NCBI GenBank assembly: GCA_004297215.1
Contig: SCUM01000001.1
Span: 219,642-283,641, forward strand
Direction: 5' to 3'
DNA length: 64,000 bases
Source of the DNA: Patescibacteria group bacterium
GTDB lineage: Bacteria; Patescibacteriota; Patescibacteriia; UBA9934; GWF2-40-263
The position numbers were made by a program, and so were the translations under genes. The notes under the pieces are model-generated. The model did not search any database, was not told the DNA's origin, and saw nothing but the letters and a program-made list of their open reading frames with translations. Below are positions 54,087 to 64,000 of the stretch, one piece after another. Every line of letters begins with the position of its first letter. The first letter of the stretch is position 1.

Positions 54087-54301
54087 CCATCAAAAGTCGA
54101 GGATCTCTCTTCCGAGAAGGCCGTCTCGGTGTTCCTATCCTTCATTTCAAAAAGATTGTCTCCATCGGATCCAAAATCTGCGTTCAAATCACTCAAACGG
54201 CTTCTGGCGCTCAATACGAAAAAGAACTACAAGGATTTCGAACTTGCGCAACGAAAGATCGTGTTCTTGAATGTCACGTAAACTGCCGCGCGCTCCCACA
54301 C

Positions 54302-54814
54302 CTATTTCTCCCCGTACTCGATCACGATCACGTCGTGGTCGCGCATCACGAGATTCTCGAACTTCGTCGACGGCTTGCCGTTGACCGTCATCGTGACCGC
54401 ATGCGAGTCATCCGCCACCTTGTCGAGAATCTGCGTGGCGGAGAACGGCTTGCCCCATACGGCGAAGAAGTCGCCGAGGGTGAAAGGCTGCTCGGTGGGA
54501 TACTCTATGTGAATCTTGCCGGTGGCGTCGTGCGTGTGCAATGCGCGCATGCATGAGGCATCGACCCCGATGTCGGCGGGAAGCTCCACGCGCTCTCCGT
54601 CCACGAGGATGGCGAGCTCGGGATGCACGTGATAGCTGATCGCGGACCCGTGCGTGACGCAGGCCATGGCCAGCTCGCGGGTCGACGACTCGGGTTCGGA
54701 GATTTCCAGAGCAGGTTCGGGCACGGAGGGTTCCGGCGCTTCCGACTTCAAGGCGAAGACGAGCAGGGTGACGACCGCGAGGACGGGGATGCCGTACGTG
54801 AGGATCGGTTTCAT
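54302..54814 (-). CDS. hypothetical secreted/membrane-anchored protein (HTHD motif)
   Basis: 170 aa with a signal anchor, next to the copper cluster. Confidence 0.5.
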   Translation of the reverse strand: MKPILTYGIPVLAVVTLLVFALKSEAPEPSVPEPALEISEPESSTRELAMACVTHGSAISYHVHPELAILVDGERVELPADIGVDASCMRALHTHDATGKIHIEYPTEQPFTLGDFFAVWGKPFSATQILDKVADDSHAVTMTVNGKPSTKFENLVMRDHDVIVIEYGEK

Positions 54815-54816
54815 GT

Positions 54817-55305
54817 TCAGGTATTACAAGCTGTCTCGCAGGTGCCGTTCACCTTCTTGGCGGTGGCATGCATGGCGAACAGGGTGATGCCGATGGCGGC
54901 GGCGGAAAACCACCAGCGGTTGGTGACGATGAACGCGGTGCCGCCCACCCCGAACACGGCGAGCACCGACGAATAGCAGGCTGCGCACGCGAGCGTGGAG
55001 AGCACCGACGCGCCGGCGATGCCAAGCAGCGTGGTCGCTTCCTTCGTGCTCGGGCGCCTCTTCTCGTTCCGCTTCGCATGGCGGTACATGACGAACAGCA
55101 GGCCGTTCAGGACGGAAAGCAGTCCCATGAGCACGATCACTTCCCAGGGCGTGATGTGCAGCTGGAACAGGATGTCGTTCCCGGGCGTGGTGTACACCGG
55201 GACGAGGATGAGGAGGGCGAACACGGCGAGCGCCGCGGCCGCGGCTTCGAGGCCGGCGCGCGGGGAGTCGATGGACGTCTTGATGGCTTTCAGGGCGGAT
55301 TTCAT
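54817..55305 (-). CDS. hypothetical membrane protein with C-terminal CETAC motif
   Basis: Start at the internal Met. 4 TMs. Immediately downstream of copA. Confidence 0.45.
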   Translation of the reverse strand: MKSALKAIKTSIDSPRAGLEAAAAALAVFALLILVPVYTTPGNDILFQLHITPWEVIVLMGLLSVLNGLLFVMYRHAKRNEKRRPSTKEATTLLGIAGASVLSTLACAACYSSVLAVFGVGGTAFIVTNRWWFSAAAIGITLFAMHATAKKVNGTCETACNT

Positions 55306-55397
55306 ACGCCTGTCTTTGCGAGGAGCGTGCCGTCCAGGCGACGAAGCAATCTCCCGGGAGGTTGCTTCGTCGACCTGCGGGTCTCCTCGCAAAGACG

Positions 55398-57671
55398 TTA
55401 TAATTTCGCTTTCCGAATTCGCAACGAGTTTAGCACCACCGAGACCGATGAGAAAGCCATGGCGGCGGAGGCGATGATGGGGTTGAGCAGTCCGAGGGCC
55501 GCGAGCGGAATGGCCGCCACGTTGTAGAAGAACGCCCAGAACAGGTTCTGCCGGATGCCGGCGTAGGTGCGCCGCGACAGGCGGATGGCGTCAACGACCT
55601 TTTCCGGTCCGCCTCCGACCAGGACGATCTGTCCGGCCTCGATCGCCACGTCCGTGCCGCTCCCCACCGCGATGCCGAGGTCAGCCTGGGTGAGCGCGGG
55701 CGCGTCGTTGATCCCGTCGCCCACGAACGCCACCTTCTTGCCCGCGGCCTGCGCCTCCTTCACGATCTCGAGCTTGCGCGCCGGGAGCACTTCCGCCTCG
55801 ATGCGGTCGATCCCGAGCTCCCTCCCGACCGCTTCGGCCGTGGCGCGATGGTCGCCGGTGATCATGACGACCTCGACGCCCATGGTCCGCAACTCCTTCA
55901 CGGCTTCCGCTGCCGTCGCTTTCGCCTTGTCCGCGACCGAGATCGCGGCAACGGCCTTCTTGTCGCGCGCGAGCACCATCACGGTCTGCGCCTTCGCCTG
56001 CATCGCGACGACGGCCTCGCGCACGGCGGACACGTCCACGCCCTCTTCTTCCATCAGCCGGAGATTGCCGAGCAGGACCGGTCCCCCGTCGACGGAACCC
56101 GACACGCCGCGTCCGGCCACGGCCGAGAACCCGGACACCTTGGCCGGCGCGACGCCCTTCTCCTTCGCGTACGCGACGATCGCCTTGGCAAGCGGATGCT
56201 CGGAGTTCGCCTCCAAACCCGCCGCGATCGCAAGAACCTCAGGCTCCTCAAGCTCCTTCGTCACCTCGATACCCGTCACCACCGGCCTCCCTTCCGTGAG
56301 CGTCCCGGTCTTGTCGAACATCACGACATGGAACGCCTTGCTGCGCTCGAGCGCCTCCCCGCTCTTGATGAGGATACCCATGCCCGCGCCGCGACCCGTC
56401 CCGACCATGATGGCGGTCGGCGTCGCGAGCCCGAGCGCGCACGGGCAGGCGATGATGAGCACGGCGACGGCCGGCACGAACGAGGCCGTGACGTCGCCCG
56501 TCGCGACGAACCAGGCGACGAAGGTGACGGCGGCCGCGCCGATGACGACCGGCACGAACACGCCGGAGATGCGGTCCACCAGCTTCTGGATCGGCGCCTT
56601 CTTCATCTGCGCGTCAGCCACGAGCCGCACGATCTGCGCGAGCACGGTGTCCCCCGCGGCCTTCTTCACCTCGACGGTCAAGGCTCCCTGCTGGTTCACG
56701 GTCGCGCCGAACACGAGGTCGCCGGCCTTCTTCGACACGGGCAGCGATTCGCCCGTAAGCATGGACTCGTCGAGCGACGAGGCGCCCTCGAGGATGACCC
56801 CGTCCACCGGCACTTTCTCGCCAGGCTTCACGAGCACGACGTCGCCCACTCGCAATCCGTCGACTGCGACTTCTTCCGTTTCCATCCCTGAGGCCTTGTC
56901 CGCCTGAGGCCTTCCCGCCTTAAACCGATGCGCCGTCTTCGCCCCAAGCTCCACCAGCTTCGCGATCGCCGCGCTCGCGCGCCCCTTGCTCTTGGCCTCG
57001 AAGTAGCGGCCGAGCAGGATGAAGGCGGTGATGATCGCCGCGACCTCGAAATAGAGGTGACCGTCGACGAACAGCTGCCACCAGCTGAATAGGAGCGCCG
57101 TAAGCGTTCCCATGGAAATGAGCGCATCCATGCCGAACGAGAGCCGGATCGCCTGCTTTACGGCCACGCGGTGGAACTCCATGCCCGGCCCAAGCACCAC
57201 GATCGTCGCGAGGATCGCCTGCACCCACACCGACGGGCTGATGCCCACGACGTCGCCCGGGATCTCGAGCCCCGACATGACGAGCACGAGCGGGATCGCG
57301 GCGAGCCCGAGTGCGAGCGCCGCCTTTCGTCCGGCCTTCCTCATGTCCGCGCCGTGCGCCATATGCCCGCCCGCCGAAGCCTCGGCGGAGGCGGGGTCTT
57401 CCCCGCTCATCACGGTGCCGTCCGGCATGACATGGCTGCCCGCCGACGCCTTGGCAGAGGCGGAACCGGCGACCGAATACCCTTGGTCCGTGACGGCCTT
57501 ATGCAGCGTCGTCTCGTCCGTTTTCTCGGGATCGTATTCGACCGCCGCCTTCTCAAGCGCGTAATTGACGCTCGCCGAAGATACGCCGGGCGTCTTCGCC
57601 AGGCTGCTCTCGATCTTCACCGCGCAGCTCGCGCAATGCATCCCCCTGATGCCGAAAGAGGTCTTTTCCAT
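55398..57671 (-). CDS. copA: copper-translocating P1B-type ATPase with N-terminal HMA domain
   Basis: GMHCASC, CPC, DKTGTLT and GDGINDAP motifs. Contains an in-frame REP segment ([12 protein letters not shown]). Confidence 0.92.
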   Translation of the reverse strand: MEKTSFGIRGMHCASCAVKIESSLAKTPGVSSASVNYALEKAAVEYDPEKTDETTLHKAVTDQGYSVAGSASAKASAGSHVMPDGTVMSGEDPASAEASAGGHMAHGADMRKAGRKAALALGLAAIPLVLVMSGLEIPGDVVGISPSVWVQAILATIVVLGPGMEFHRVAVKQAIRLSFGMDALISMGTLTALLFSWWQLFVDGHLYFEVAAIITAFILLGRYFEAKSKGRASAAIAKLVELGAKTAHRFKAGRPQADKASGMETEEVAVDGLRVGDVVLVKPGEKVPVDGVILEGASSLDESMLTGESLPVSKKAGDLVFGATVNQQGALTVEVKKAAGDTVLAQIVRLVADAQMKKAPIQKLVDRISGVFVPVVIGAAAVTFVAWFVATGDVTASFVPAVAVLIIACPCALGLATPTAIMVGTGRGAGMGILIKSGEALERSKAFHVVMFDKTGTLTEGRPVVTGIEVTKELEEPEVLAIAAGLEANSEHPLAKAIVAYAKEKGVAPAKVSGFSAVAGRGVSGSVDGGPVLLGNLRLMEEEGVDVSAVREAVVAMQAKAQTVMVLARDKKAVAAISVADKAKATAAEAVKELRTMGVEVVMITGDHRATAEAVGRELGIDRIEAEVLPARKLEIVKEAQAAGKKVAFVGDGINDAPALTQADLGIAVGSGTDVAIEAGQIVLVGGGPEKVVDAIRLSRRTYAGIRQNLFWAFFYNVAAIPLAALGLLNPIIASAAMAFSSVSVVLNSLRIRKAKL
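56887..56922. repeat. REP-like R-arm copy inserted in-frame in copA
   Basis: CCTGAGGCCTTGTCCGCCTGAGGCCTTCCCGCCTT. Confidence 0.75.
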
Positions 57672-57672
57672 A

Positions 57673-58758
57673 TCAGGTGTTCGGTTCGACCACCATCGTC
57701 CCACGGAACATCCCCATCGAACAGGTGAACGGGTATCGGCCGGGGCGCTGCGGGGTGAAGGAGAAGACGTTCTCGCCAGGCTTCAGTTGCGCCCGGATCC
57801 CTCCTTCCTTGAACAGGAGGGTGCCGCCGCATCCCACTTCGTTGCCGCGTTCCACCTCCCAACGCACCGGGACGCCGGCTCGCACCGTGAGCACGTCCGG
57901 CTCGTACGTCCCGTACCGCGTGACTTCCATCTGGATGAGCTGTTCGCCGTTCGCGAGAGAGCTTGAGGAGATTGAGGGGCTTGAGGAGCTTGAGGCTGCC
58001 ACCGGGGCGATCCCAAGAAGCGCTAGCCCATTCTGCGCGTTGAAGATGCCAAGCGTCGCGATGAGGATGCCGGCCGCCGTGGAAAAATGCTTTGAGCGCT
58101 TCTTTCCGGAAGAGGCGGCCATGCCCACGGCGATGAGCGGCGGCGCGGACCCGAGCGCGAACAGCGCCATCACGAGGGCGCCTTGCGTGGGACTTCCCGC
58201 GGTAGCGGCGTACAGCTGCATGGACTGGGTGAATCCGCACGGGAGGAAGAACGTGGCGCCGCCAAGCAACAACGGGTCGCTCGAGAGCTTCGCGACGAAT
58301 GCCGGCGTCTTGAACGAGAGCAGGCGCCCCGGGACGAGTCCGAGCATCTTGAGGCCGTAGGCGAGCATCAGGGCGGCCACGACGAGCACCAACGCGCCCG
58401 ACATGGCCGGAGAGAGTGATAGGGATCCGCCGATCCATCCGAGCGCGGCGCCCAGCGTGGCGAACGTGAGGATGCGTCCGGCATGGAACTGCAGGTGAAA
58501 GGACAGGGGTTTGGCCGAGGCGGCGACGAGCGCCGTGACGAGCGCCCCGCACGAGGAGAGCGTGGACGCAAGCCCGATGACGAGCACGGATCCCAGGCCC
58601 ACGGCCGCGCCGACTTGCGGCGAGAAGCGCGCGAGGCCGGTGCGGTCGAGAATCAGGTACGTGCCGAGGATGGCGAGCGCGAACGCGCCGACGCGTTTCC
58701 AGTCGGTCGTGCGCGGCGCGTCCGGCGTGCAGCAGTCGGGTAGCTGATGTTCAGACAT
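57673..58758 (-). CDS. DsbD_2-like (two conserved Cys) polytopic membrane domain fused to C-terminal cupredoxin-like domain
   Basis: TM Cys residues (SCGALV, LPCGF). The C-terminal ~100 aa have a beta-sandwich pattern with FTCSMGMF. Start overlaps the copA region. Confidence 0.5.
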   Translation of the reverse strand: MSEHQLPDCCTPDAPRTTDWKRVGAFALAILGTYLILDRTGLARFSPQVGAAVGLGSVLVIGLASTLSSCGALVTALVAASAKPLSFHLQFHAGRILTFATLGAALGWIGGSLSLSPAMSGALVLVVAALMLAYGLKMLGLVPGRLLSFKTPAFVAKLSSDPLLLGGATFFLPCGFTQSMQLYAATAGSPTQGALVMALFALGSAPPLIAVGMAASSGKKRSKHFSTAAGILIATLGIFNAQNGLALLGIAPVAASSSSSPSISSSSLANGEQLIQMEVTRYGTYEPDVLTVRAGVPVRWEVERGNEVGCGGTLLFKEGGIRAQLKPGENVFSFTPQRPGRYPFTCSMGMFRGTMVVEPNT

Positions 58759-58802
58759 AGGAAGAAATCAAAAACGAAGAAACGAGACGCCGTCCCTTCG
58801 CT

Positions 58803-59108
58803 TCATTCCCGCCGTTGCGACAACCTTCTCCGTCTCCATCGGTCGGAGTCCTGCGCCGTCTGCGCCTCGAAACGCGACGTGAGGTCCGGGGTCGCGAACA
58901 GCCAGGCAAACGCGCTGATGGCGACCGTCGCCGCCAGGGCGAGCGAAGCCGCCGGAGCCGCATCCTGCATCGCCTGGTCGATGCAGGATGAAAGGCAGCC
59001 CAGGTCCATCTCCGGCATCATCGAGAGCTGCGTGGACGCCTGCGCGACGGCAAAGAAGCCGCACAGGGCGGCCGCGGCGATCGTCAGGATGGTCAGTCTT
59101 CGATTCAT
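58803..59108 (-). CDS. small secreted hypothetical protein (101 aa)
   Basis: Signal peptide MNRRLTILTIAAAALCGFFAVAQA. ATGA overlap with the upstream gene. Confidence 0.45.
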   Translation of the reverse strand: MNRRLTILTIAAAALCGFFAVAQASTQLSMMPEMDLGCLSSCIDQAMQDAAPAASLALAATVAISAFAWLFATPDLTSRFEAQTAQDSDRWRRRRLSQRRE

Positions 59109-59791
59109 GCCTTCGTTCTTGCCATGAGCATCGAGAGCCAGACGTAGATAAGGATCGCCTGGGTCCAGAACATCACCACATTTATGCCATGAGTGCCCGG
59201 ACCTGTCCAGCCGGCCGCCAGATAGAAGTTGGCGTTCATGAGCATCCCGCCGAACAAGGCGATGGCGGAAACGGCTAAGGCGTTGTGTCGGGATTCCGCG
59301 TCCTTCAGGAAGACGTAGGCGGCCCCGGCGGCGGCGAGCGTCAGGCCGATGGCGACCTGGCTCCACTGCACCGCTTGCGCAAACACTGTCGCGTTCTCGC
59401 TCGCGAACCCGAGGAGGAAATCCTTATACCACGGGAACGGGTTCTCGCTCGCGAAACGCGCGAGCGTGCCGCCGATGCCCTGGACGAATCCGGGGCTCGA
59501 CACCTTTTCCCATCCCGCGGACCACCACTCGTACGCGAGCACCATCTGCGTCCCGACCACGCCTATGAGCAGCAAGGCCTTCTCGTCGAGGCGATCCTTC
59601 ACGCCCTTCGCCCCCAGATGCGCGGCAAGCGGACAGGCGGCGGACAGGCCTTCCGCGAGCGCGAAAAGTCCGCCGACGAATGCCAGGATCCTGGCAACCG
59701 GATGTTGATAGAGCACGACCGCGGCGAAGAGGAGGATCGCGGCGAGCGCGATGCGGACGAGGCGATCGAACGGGGCGAGATTCCGTCTCAT
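59105..59791 (-). CDS. membrane protein, YgaP/DUF2892-like N-terminus + DoxX-like domain
   Basis: 228 aa with a CP motif in the first helix and multiple TMs. Confidence 0.5.
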   Translation of the reverse strand: MRRNLAPFDRLVRIALAAILLFAAVVLYQHPVARILAFVGGLFALAEGLSAACPLAAHLGAKGVKDRLDEKALLLIGVVGTQMVLAYEWWSAGWEKVSSPGFVQGIGGTLARFASENPFPWYKDFLLGFASENATVFAQAVQWSQVAIGLTLAAAGAAYVFLKDAESRHNALAVSAIALFGGMLMNANFYLAAGWTGPGTHGINVVMFWTQAILIYVWLSMLMARTKA

Positions 59792-59993
59792 ATCCTTACT
59801 TCGAATGTTTCTTGATCAGCACCCACAGGAGCCAACCGACGAGGACCGAGTTCACCGTCCAGGTGAGTATCCAGACGAATCCGAACAGGGACATGACACC
59901 GAATCCGGCTCCCATCATCCCCCAACCGTCGTAGAAACCCATCATACTGTCGATGATACTGAATGATTACGCTATACTATACAGGATTGACCT

Positions 59994-61694
59994 ATGGCCG
60001 TCATGCGCCGTCCGCATCTGAAACGCGTCCGCGAAGTGGTCGGCGTCTTTTACGACCTCGGGTTCGGCGCGTGGATCAGCCGGATGAAGCTGCAGTTCGT
60101 CGTCCCGATCCACAAGCGATGGATGAGGCGAACAGGCGGACCTGCGGACCTTCCTTGTCCGATCGAAGAAGAAGCGATGACGGAACTCTCGGATGTTCCT
60201 AAAAAACTCCGTCTGGCCTTCGAGCGTCTGGGCGGCACGTACGTGAAGCTCGGACAGATGTTGAGTCTGCGCGCCGATCTGGTGACGCAGCCGGTCGCCG
60301 ACGAGCTCCGTAAGCTGCAAGACAGGGTCCCGCCGTTCCCGTTCGAGCAGGTCAAGGCCTCGATCGAGAAGGAACTCGGGAAGCCGCTAACGAAGCTGTT
60401 CAGGTCTTTCGACAAGAAACCCGTCGGCGCCGCGTCGCTCGCCCAAGTCCACCGCGCCGTGTTGCCGAACGGAAAAACCGTCGCGGTAAAGGTTTTGCGT
60501 CCGAATATCGAGGCGCTTGCCCGGGAGGACATCGCCTTGCTGCGATGGCTCGCAAGGCTTCTGGAGGACCATGTCCCTGCAACCCGTCCGTATCAGCCTC
60601 GCCGGGTGATTGACGAATTTCGGGAATGGACGCTCCGCGAGCTCAACCTGGTGAACGAGGGAGTCAACATCGAGCATTTCCGAACGCTTTACAAAGACGA
60701 CGAACAGGTCTTTATCCCAGGCGTCCACTGGACACACACGAACCCGCGCATCCTGACGACCGACTTCAGCCATGGAATCCACATGGACGATTTCGCGTCG
60801 TATAGGAAAATTCGTTGTTCGCGGAAGGTCGTGGCCGAAATCGGCGCCAGGCTCGTCTACAGCCAGTTCTTTGAACACGGGTTTTTTCATGGCGATCCTC
60901 ATCCGGGAAACTTCTTCGTCCTGCCGAACAACGTCGTATGCCTGCATGATTTCGGCATCGTCGGGCACATCGACGACAAGACGCGGCGCGAACTGATCGG
61001 CTGCTTCGTCGACTTCCTGGAGAAGAACGCTAACGGGGCCGTCAACCACATGCTCCATATGGCGCGCACGGACAACCGGTCGGACGTGGACGGGTTCCGG
61101 CGGGACGTCACGGTCATCCTGGAGCGTTGGTTCTATTCCCCGACGGCCGGAGAACGCCTGTCCATGGCGTTTTATCGCACGGTCGTGAGCGGCGCGTCGC
61201 ACGGGGTGACATTCCCCTCAAGCGTCGTCCTGCTCGCGAAAGCCATCGTCACTATGGAGGGCATGGCGCTCCTGCTCGATCCGAAATTCGACGTCGCGGA
61301 AAAGCTACGGCCGTACCTCCAGCGGATCATGACCCTGGACCTCACGCCGGAGCGTATCGCGAAACGCGGCCGTGACGTGCTGCTCGACGCCGCGAACCTC
61401 CTCGAAGACATTCCCGAGGCAGCGCGTAAGCTCATGAAGCTCGTGCAAAGCGAAGAAATCGGGATCAAGGTCGACGCGACGGATTTCGACGCGATCAAGG
61501 AGGAGATCGACCGTCAGGCCGACATCAAGTTCCTCACGCTTTTTCTTGTGGCCGACCTGCTCGCGACCGCCGTCCTGCTCCATCTGGAAGGGGTGGAACG
61601 CATCGCCGGCATCCCATTCGGGGCTGCCGGCGTGGTGATCGGAACCGTGCTTGGCCTGCTCGTCCTGTCGAAAATCAGGCAAAAACCCTCCTGA
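59994..61694 (+). CDS. ubiB: ABC1/UbiB-family atypical protein kinase
   Basis: AASLAQVH, a kinase core with HGDPHPGN and DFG, and C-terminal TMs. Confidence 0.85.
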   Translation: MAVMRRPHLKRVREVVGVFYDLGFGAWISRMKLQFVVPIHKRWMRRTGGPADLPCPIEEEAMTELSDVPKKLRLAFERLGGTYVKLGQMLSLRADLVTQPVADELRKLQDRVPPFPFEQVKASIEKELGKPLTKLFRSFDKKPVGAASLAQVHRAVLPNGKTVAVKVLRPNIEALAREDIALLRWLARLLEDHVPATRPYQPRRVIDEFREWTLRELNLVNEGVNIEHFRTLYKDDEQVFIPGVHWTHTNPRILTTDFSHGIHMDDFASYRKIRCSRKVVAEIGARLVYSQFFEHGFFHGDPHPGNFFVLPNNVVCLHDFGIVGHIDDKTRRELIGCFVDFLEKNANGAVNHMLHMARTDNRSDVDGFRRDVTVILERWFYSPTAGERLSMAFYRTVVSGASHGVTFPSSVVLLAKAIVTMEGMALLLDPKFDVAEKLRPYLQRIMTLDLTPERIAKRGRDVLLDAANLLEDIPEAARKLMKLVQSEEIGIKVDATDFDAIKEEIDRQADIKFLTLFLVADLLATAVLLHLEGVERIAGIPFGAAGVVIGTVLGLLVLSKIRQKPS

Positions 61695-61994
61695 TCAGCT
61701 CCGCTTCTTCTTTTTTCCCGCGACCCGGCGCTTCAGCGCCTCGAATTCCGACCGCGTCGGGATGTCGAGCGTCTTGAGCGTCTCCCGGACGGCCTTCCCA
61801 TACCCGGTCGACATCGCCCGATATTCCGTTTTCCCCCGGGCGGCCAGGTCCTTGCGCATCCTGGCTTGGTCCTTGGCGGCCAGCTTCCCTTCCTTCAGGA
61901 GGTAATCAAGGAAGTCCGCCGCGCGCTCTTTGGCGAGCGATGCGACTCCCAACCCCAGCATCAACGGCTCCTCGAGCTTCAGCTTTTTTGCCAT
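61695..61994 (-). CDS. small helical protein, phasin-like (uncertain)
   Basis: 99 aa, Lys-rich coiled-coil. Confidence 0.4.
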   Translation of the reverse strand: MAKKLKLEEPLMLGLGVASLAKERAADFLDYLLKEGKLAAKDQARMRKDLAARGKTEYRAMSTGYGKAVRETLKTLDIPTRSEFEALKRRVAGKKKKRS

Positions 61995-62011
61995 ATGCCG
62001 GCTTCTGTAGG

Positions 62012-62278
62012 TTATTTCTTAGGCGCGCAGCCGTTCTCGTGGAAGGCATGGAAGACGAGCGAACCCGCGAACCCATACGCGAAACTCCAGAGGGCGCCCA
62101 CGATGATGCTCGGCAAGGCGAACCCCGTGAACCCCGGGAACAGGAACTTGAGCGAGGTGAGATGGAACTCCTGGACCGCCGGGTCCGTGCTCCACATCTG
62201 CCAGATGAGGCAAAGCGCGTACAGGATGACGAAGAACCCGGCAACGCGCAGAGCGTGTGACGACTGGGCTTTTTGCAT
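62012..62278 (-). CDS. small membrane protein (88 aa)
   Basis: Start at an internal Met with AAGGAG upstream. Two or three TMs. Confidence 0.45.
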   Translation of the reverse strand: MQKAQSSHALRVAGFFVILYALCLIWQMWSTDPAVQEFHLTSLKFLFPGFTGFALPSIIVGALWSFAYGFAGSLVFHAFHENGCAPKK

Positions 62279-62307
62279 ACTCCTTAAGGAGTTAAGGATA
62301 AGTTGGA

Positions 62308-62817
62308 TTATTTCCCTTTCACCCGTTCCACCCCGTTGAGCGCCGAGATGGTGGCCGCGACCTCTTCCGGCACCTTCGCCTTCCAGTCGCCCCCTGCTTT
62401 CATCATCGCGCGTACGTCCGTCGCGCTGATGCCCGGCACCTCCTTGATGTCCTTCACCTCCTTGCCGAGCGCGACGAATGGCGCCTTGGTGGCCGGGTTG
62501 CCGGTCCACACCTGGTGCACCTCGCCTGCCTTTTCCAACACGGCCTTGGCCCACGCCTCATCAGAAGCCATGTCCGGGACCATGACGAACTCCACGTCGA
62601 AGTTTGGGATGATGTCCTCGCCCTGCAGCGCGCGCTGGATCATGTCGCGGCGCTCCTCGGCCGTGAACGGGTTTTCGTTCGTGCCGCTCTTGTCGGAGGA
62701 ACCGATCGCCACTACCAGCTTGCCGCATAGCTTGGCCATTCCCTTCACGACCAGCATGTGGCCGTTGTGGAACGGCTGGAAACGGCCTGGGAACAGGCAG
62801 GTGAATTTGGTAGGCAT
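62308..62817 (-). CDS. nadM: nicotinamide-nucleotide adenylyltransferase (archaeal-type, cytidylyltransferase fold)
   Basis: GRFQPFHNGH HxGH motif. 169 aa. Confidence 0.8.
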   Translation of the reverse strand: MPTKFTCLFPGRFQPFHNGHMLVVKGMAKLCGKLVVAIGSSDKSGTNENPFTAEERRDMIQRALQGEDIIPNFDVEFVMVPDMASDEAWAKAVLEKAGEVHQVWTGNPATKAPFVALGKEVKDIKEVPGISATDVRAMMKAGGDWKAKVPEEVAATISALNGVERVKGK

Positions 62818-62826
62818 ATGATGAGA

Positions 62827-62931
62827 GGCGATAAGGCCGCAGGCGATAAGGCCGCAGGCGATAAGGCCGCAGGCGATAAGGCCGCAGGCGATAAGGCCGC
62901 AGGCGATAAGGCCGCAGGCGATAAGGCCTAA
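62827..62931. repeat. 7 contiguous 15-bp tandem units GGCGATAAGGCCGCA (last unit variant) abutting nadM start codon
   Basis: Counted directly: 6 perfect units plus 1 variant. The unit equals the REP L-arm subunit. Confidence 0.9.
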
Positions 62932-62969
62932 GCGCTGAAGCCTTGTCCGCCTGAGGCCTAAGGCCTGAC
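62932..62969. repeat. REP-like R-arm copy (GCGCTGAAGCCTTGTCCGCCTGAGGCCTAAGGCC); supplies stop codon of DUF362 gene
   Basis: Family core. Confidence 0.8.
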
Positions 62970-63839
62970 AAAAAATTTTATGGACCTCTTCCAGTCCGTC
63001 TCGCCGACCACGTCGATCCGCGTTTCATCCAACACACCGTACCCCCGCTGCGACGCCAGGGCAAGATAGCGGATGCCCGAGGGATCGATGCCCATGAGCC
63101 GGCAACCGATCGAATCGACCGCGACCGCGTCCGTGCCGGCGAGGGCGAGCTTCATCTCGACCGGGTCGCCATGCGTGGGTCCGTCCCCTTCCATGGCGAG
63201 GAAGGCGTCCACGACGCACAGGTCGGGCTTGGTCTGGCGCAGGAGCTCCGCGATCGTCTCGTGGTGGGCGTCGTTCCCCTGCGCGTGCAGGTACGGAGCG
63301 CGCGCCCAGATCCGGCCCGAAAGCCCGATGCTGGAAGCCGCCACCCACGTGCCGATGGTCCAATTCTTCACGCACAAGGAGACGCCGACGTCGCGATGGG
63401 TCTTCATGACCGTCAGGTCGACCGTAAAATCGGATTCCGCGACCGTTTTCGCGATTCCCATGGGCCCGAGCGATCCGTCGCGCTTCACGTACGTGCCCGG
63501 CACGGTCGCGTCGTCGTTCAGGTCAAACAGCCGGACGTCCGGGTATTCGCCAGGCAGGTTCTCGTACCCGAAATGGCGGAACGCGGCCTTGGTGCCGTGA
63601 TACGAGGCGTCGGCGATGACGACGGGCGCGGCCGTCTTCGAACGGACGACGTCGAGCACGGCCCGTACCGCGTCCGCATGCGTCGAGGCGAGCTGGTTCA
63701 AGTGGTGCACCAGGTTTGGCTTGATGAGTACCGAACGGGCCGACACGAGCCCCGCGAGGACATCGGGAGGCAACGCCTCGATGGCTCGTCGGACGTTTTC
63801 CCTGCGGTTTTCCCCACGGATGACAGATACCTGTACCAT
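62958..63839 (-). CDS. DUF362-domain protein
   Basis: VLIKPNLV motif. Start at the internal Met. Confidence 0.5.
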   Translation of the reverse strand: MVQVSVIRGENRRENVRRAIEALPPDVLAGLVSARSVLIKPNLVHHLNQLASTHADAVRAVLDVVRSKTAAPVVIADASYHGTKAAFRHFGYENLPGEYPDVRLFDLNDDATVPGTYVKRDGSLGPMGIAKTVAESDFTVDLTVMKTHRDVGVSLCVKNWTIGTWVAASSIGLSGRIWARAPYLHAQGNDAHHETIAELLRQTKPDLCVVDAFLAMEGDGPTHGDPVEMKLALAGTDAVAVDSIGCRLMGIDPSGIRYLALASQRGYGVLDETRIDVVGETDWKRSIKFFVRP

Positions 63840-63860
63840 AGTGTCGAAAGTATATCCCAT

Positions 63861-64000
63861 ATGCTGGGCATATTCGACTCCGGATTCGGCGGGCTCACGG
63901 TGCTCAAGGACATCCACCGCCGCCTTCCTTCCCTCTCCACCGTCTACCTCGGCGACAACGCCCGGGCGCCGTACGGGACCAGGCCCCAGGACGAGATCTT
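63861..64000 (+). CDS. murI: glutamate racemase (5' part; continues beyond window)
   Basis: [18 protein letters not shown]...[12 protein letters not shown]-terminal signature. Confidence 0.8.
   Translation, partial: MLGIFDSGFGGLTVLKDIHRRLPSLSTVYLGDNARAPYGTRPQDEI

Noticed and set aside
62827-62931. Possible CRISPR array
   Set aside because: The units are contiguous 15-mers with no spacers. No cas genes. It is a microsatellite of the REP subunit.
62561-62971. ORF encoding PYRLR-repeat protein
   Set aside because: It is simply the translation of the 15-bp tandem DNA repeat on the opposite strand. No start context.

Overview
This is a high-GC (~65-68%) bacterial chromosomal segment that is gene-dense, and almost every conserved gene can be read from the ORF track. 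On the minus strand there is a long co-directional run: rpsI-rplM-rplQ-rpoA-rpsD-rpsK-rpsM-rpmJ-infA-alaS-murJ-(surface protein)-pduL-(GT2)-(SPOUT MTase). Further minus-strand blocks are lepA-recJ-rnhA-pilM-(CheY-like)-(pilin-like)-pilD, then dnaX-(205 aa)-(TM ATPase, T4CP-like)-(176 aa)-cysS, then mraZ-rsmH-ftsL-like, then uvrC, uvrA and uvrB. On the plus strand are rlmD, era, dusB, nrdD-nrdG, ubiB and the start of murI. There are two tRNAs: tRNA-Gln(CUG), and a second tRNA with an odd anticodon loop. A copper/redox cluster holds copA, a DsbD-like-cupredoxin fusion, a cupredoxin lipoprotein, two VKOR proteins plus a thioredoxin-like protein, and several DoxX proteins. Several core proteins are domain-minimal: RpoA without alpha-CTD, AlaRS without C-Ala, UvrC without the HhH tail. 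Together with type IV pilus genes and the anaerobic NrdDG, this is compatible with a reduced-genome, CPR-like anaerobe, but that is inference. The most striking feature is a dispersed REP/MITE-like palindromic repeat family (core GGCCTTGTCCGCCTGAGGCC, built from ~15-bp subunits) with at least 13 loci. These sit at gene 3' ends, where they donate stop codons and C-terminal residues. They also sit in-frame inside recJ, dnaX, uvrA and copA, always encoding a ..PQADKA..-type Gly/Pro/Ala-rich peptide. The subunit is expanded into a 7x tandem array directly upstream of nadM. Two lower-GC islands look horizontally acquired. The first is a ~1.8 kb island (942-2778) flanked by 18/19-bp direct repeats of a terminator hairpin; it carries an uncharacterised membrane-protein plus cytosolic-protein pair, inserted beside the ribosomal protein operon. 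The second is a ParD/ParE-type toxin-antitoxin cassette plus an unknown 274-aa gene, inserted at the 3' end of rlmD and bracketed by a degenerate duplicate of the rlmD 3' end. No integrase, transposase, CRISPR array or rRNA was seen.
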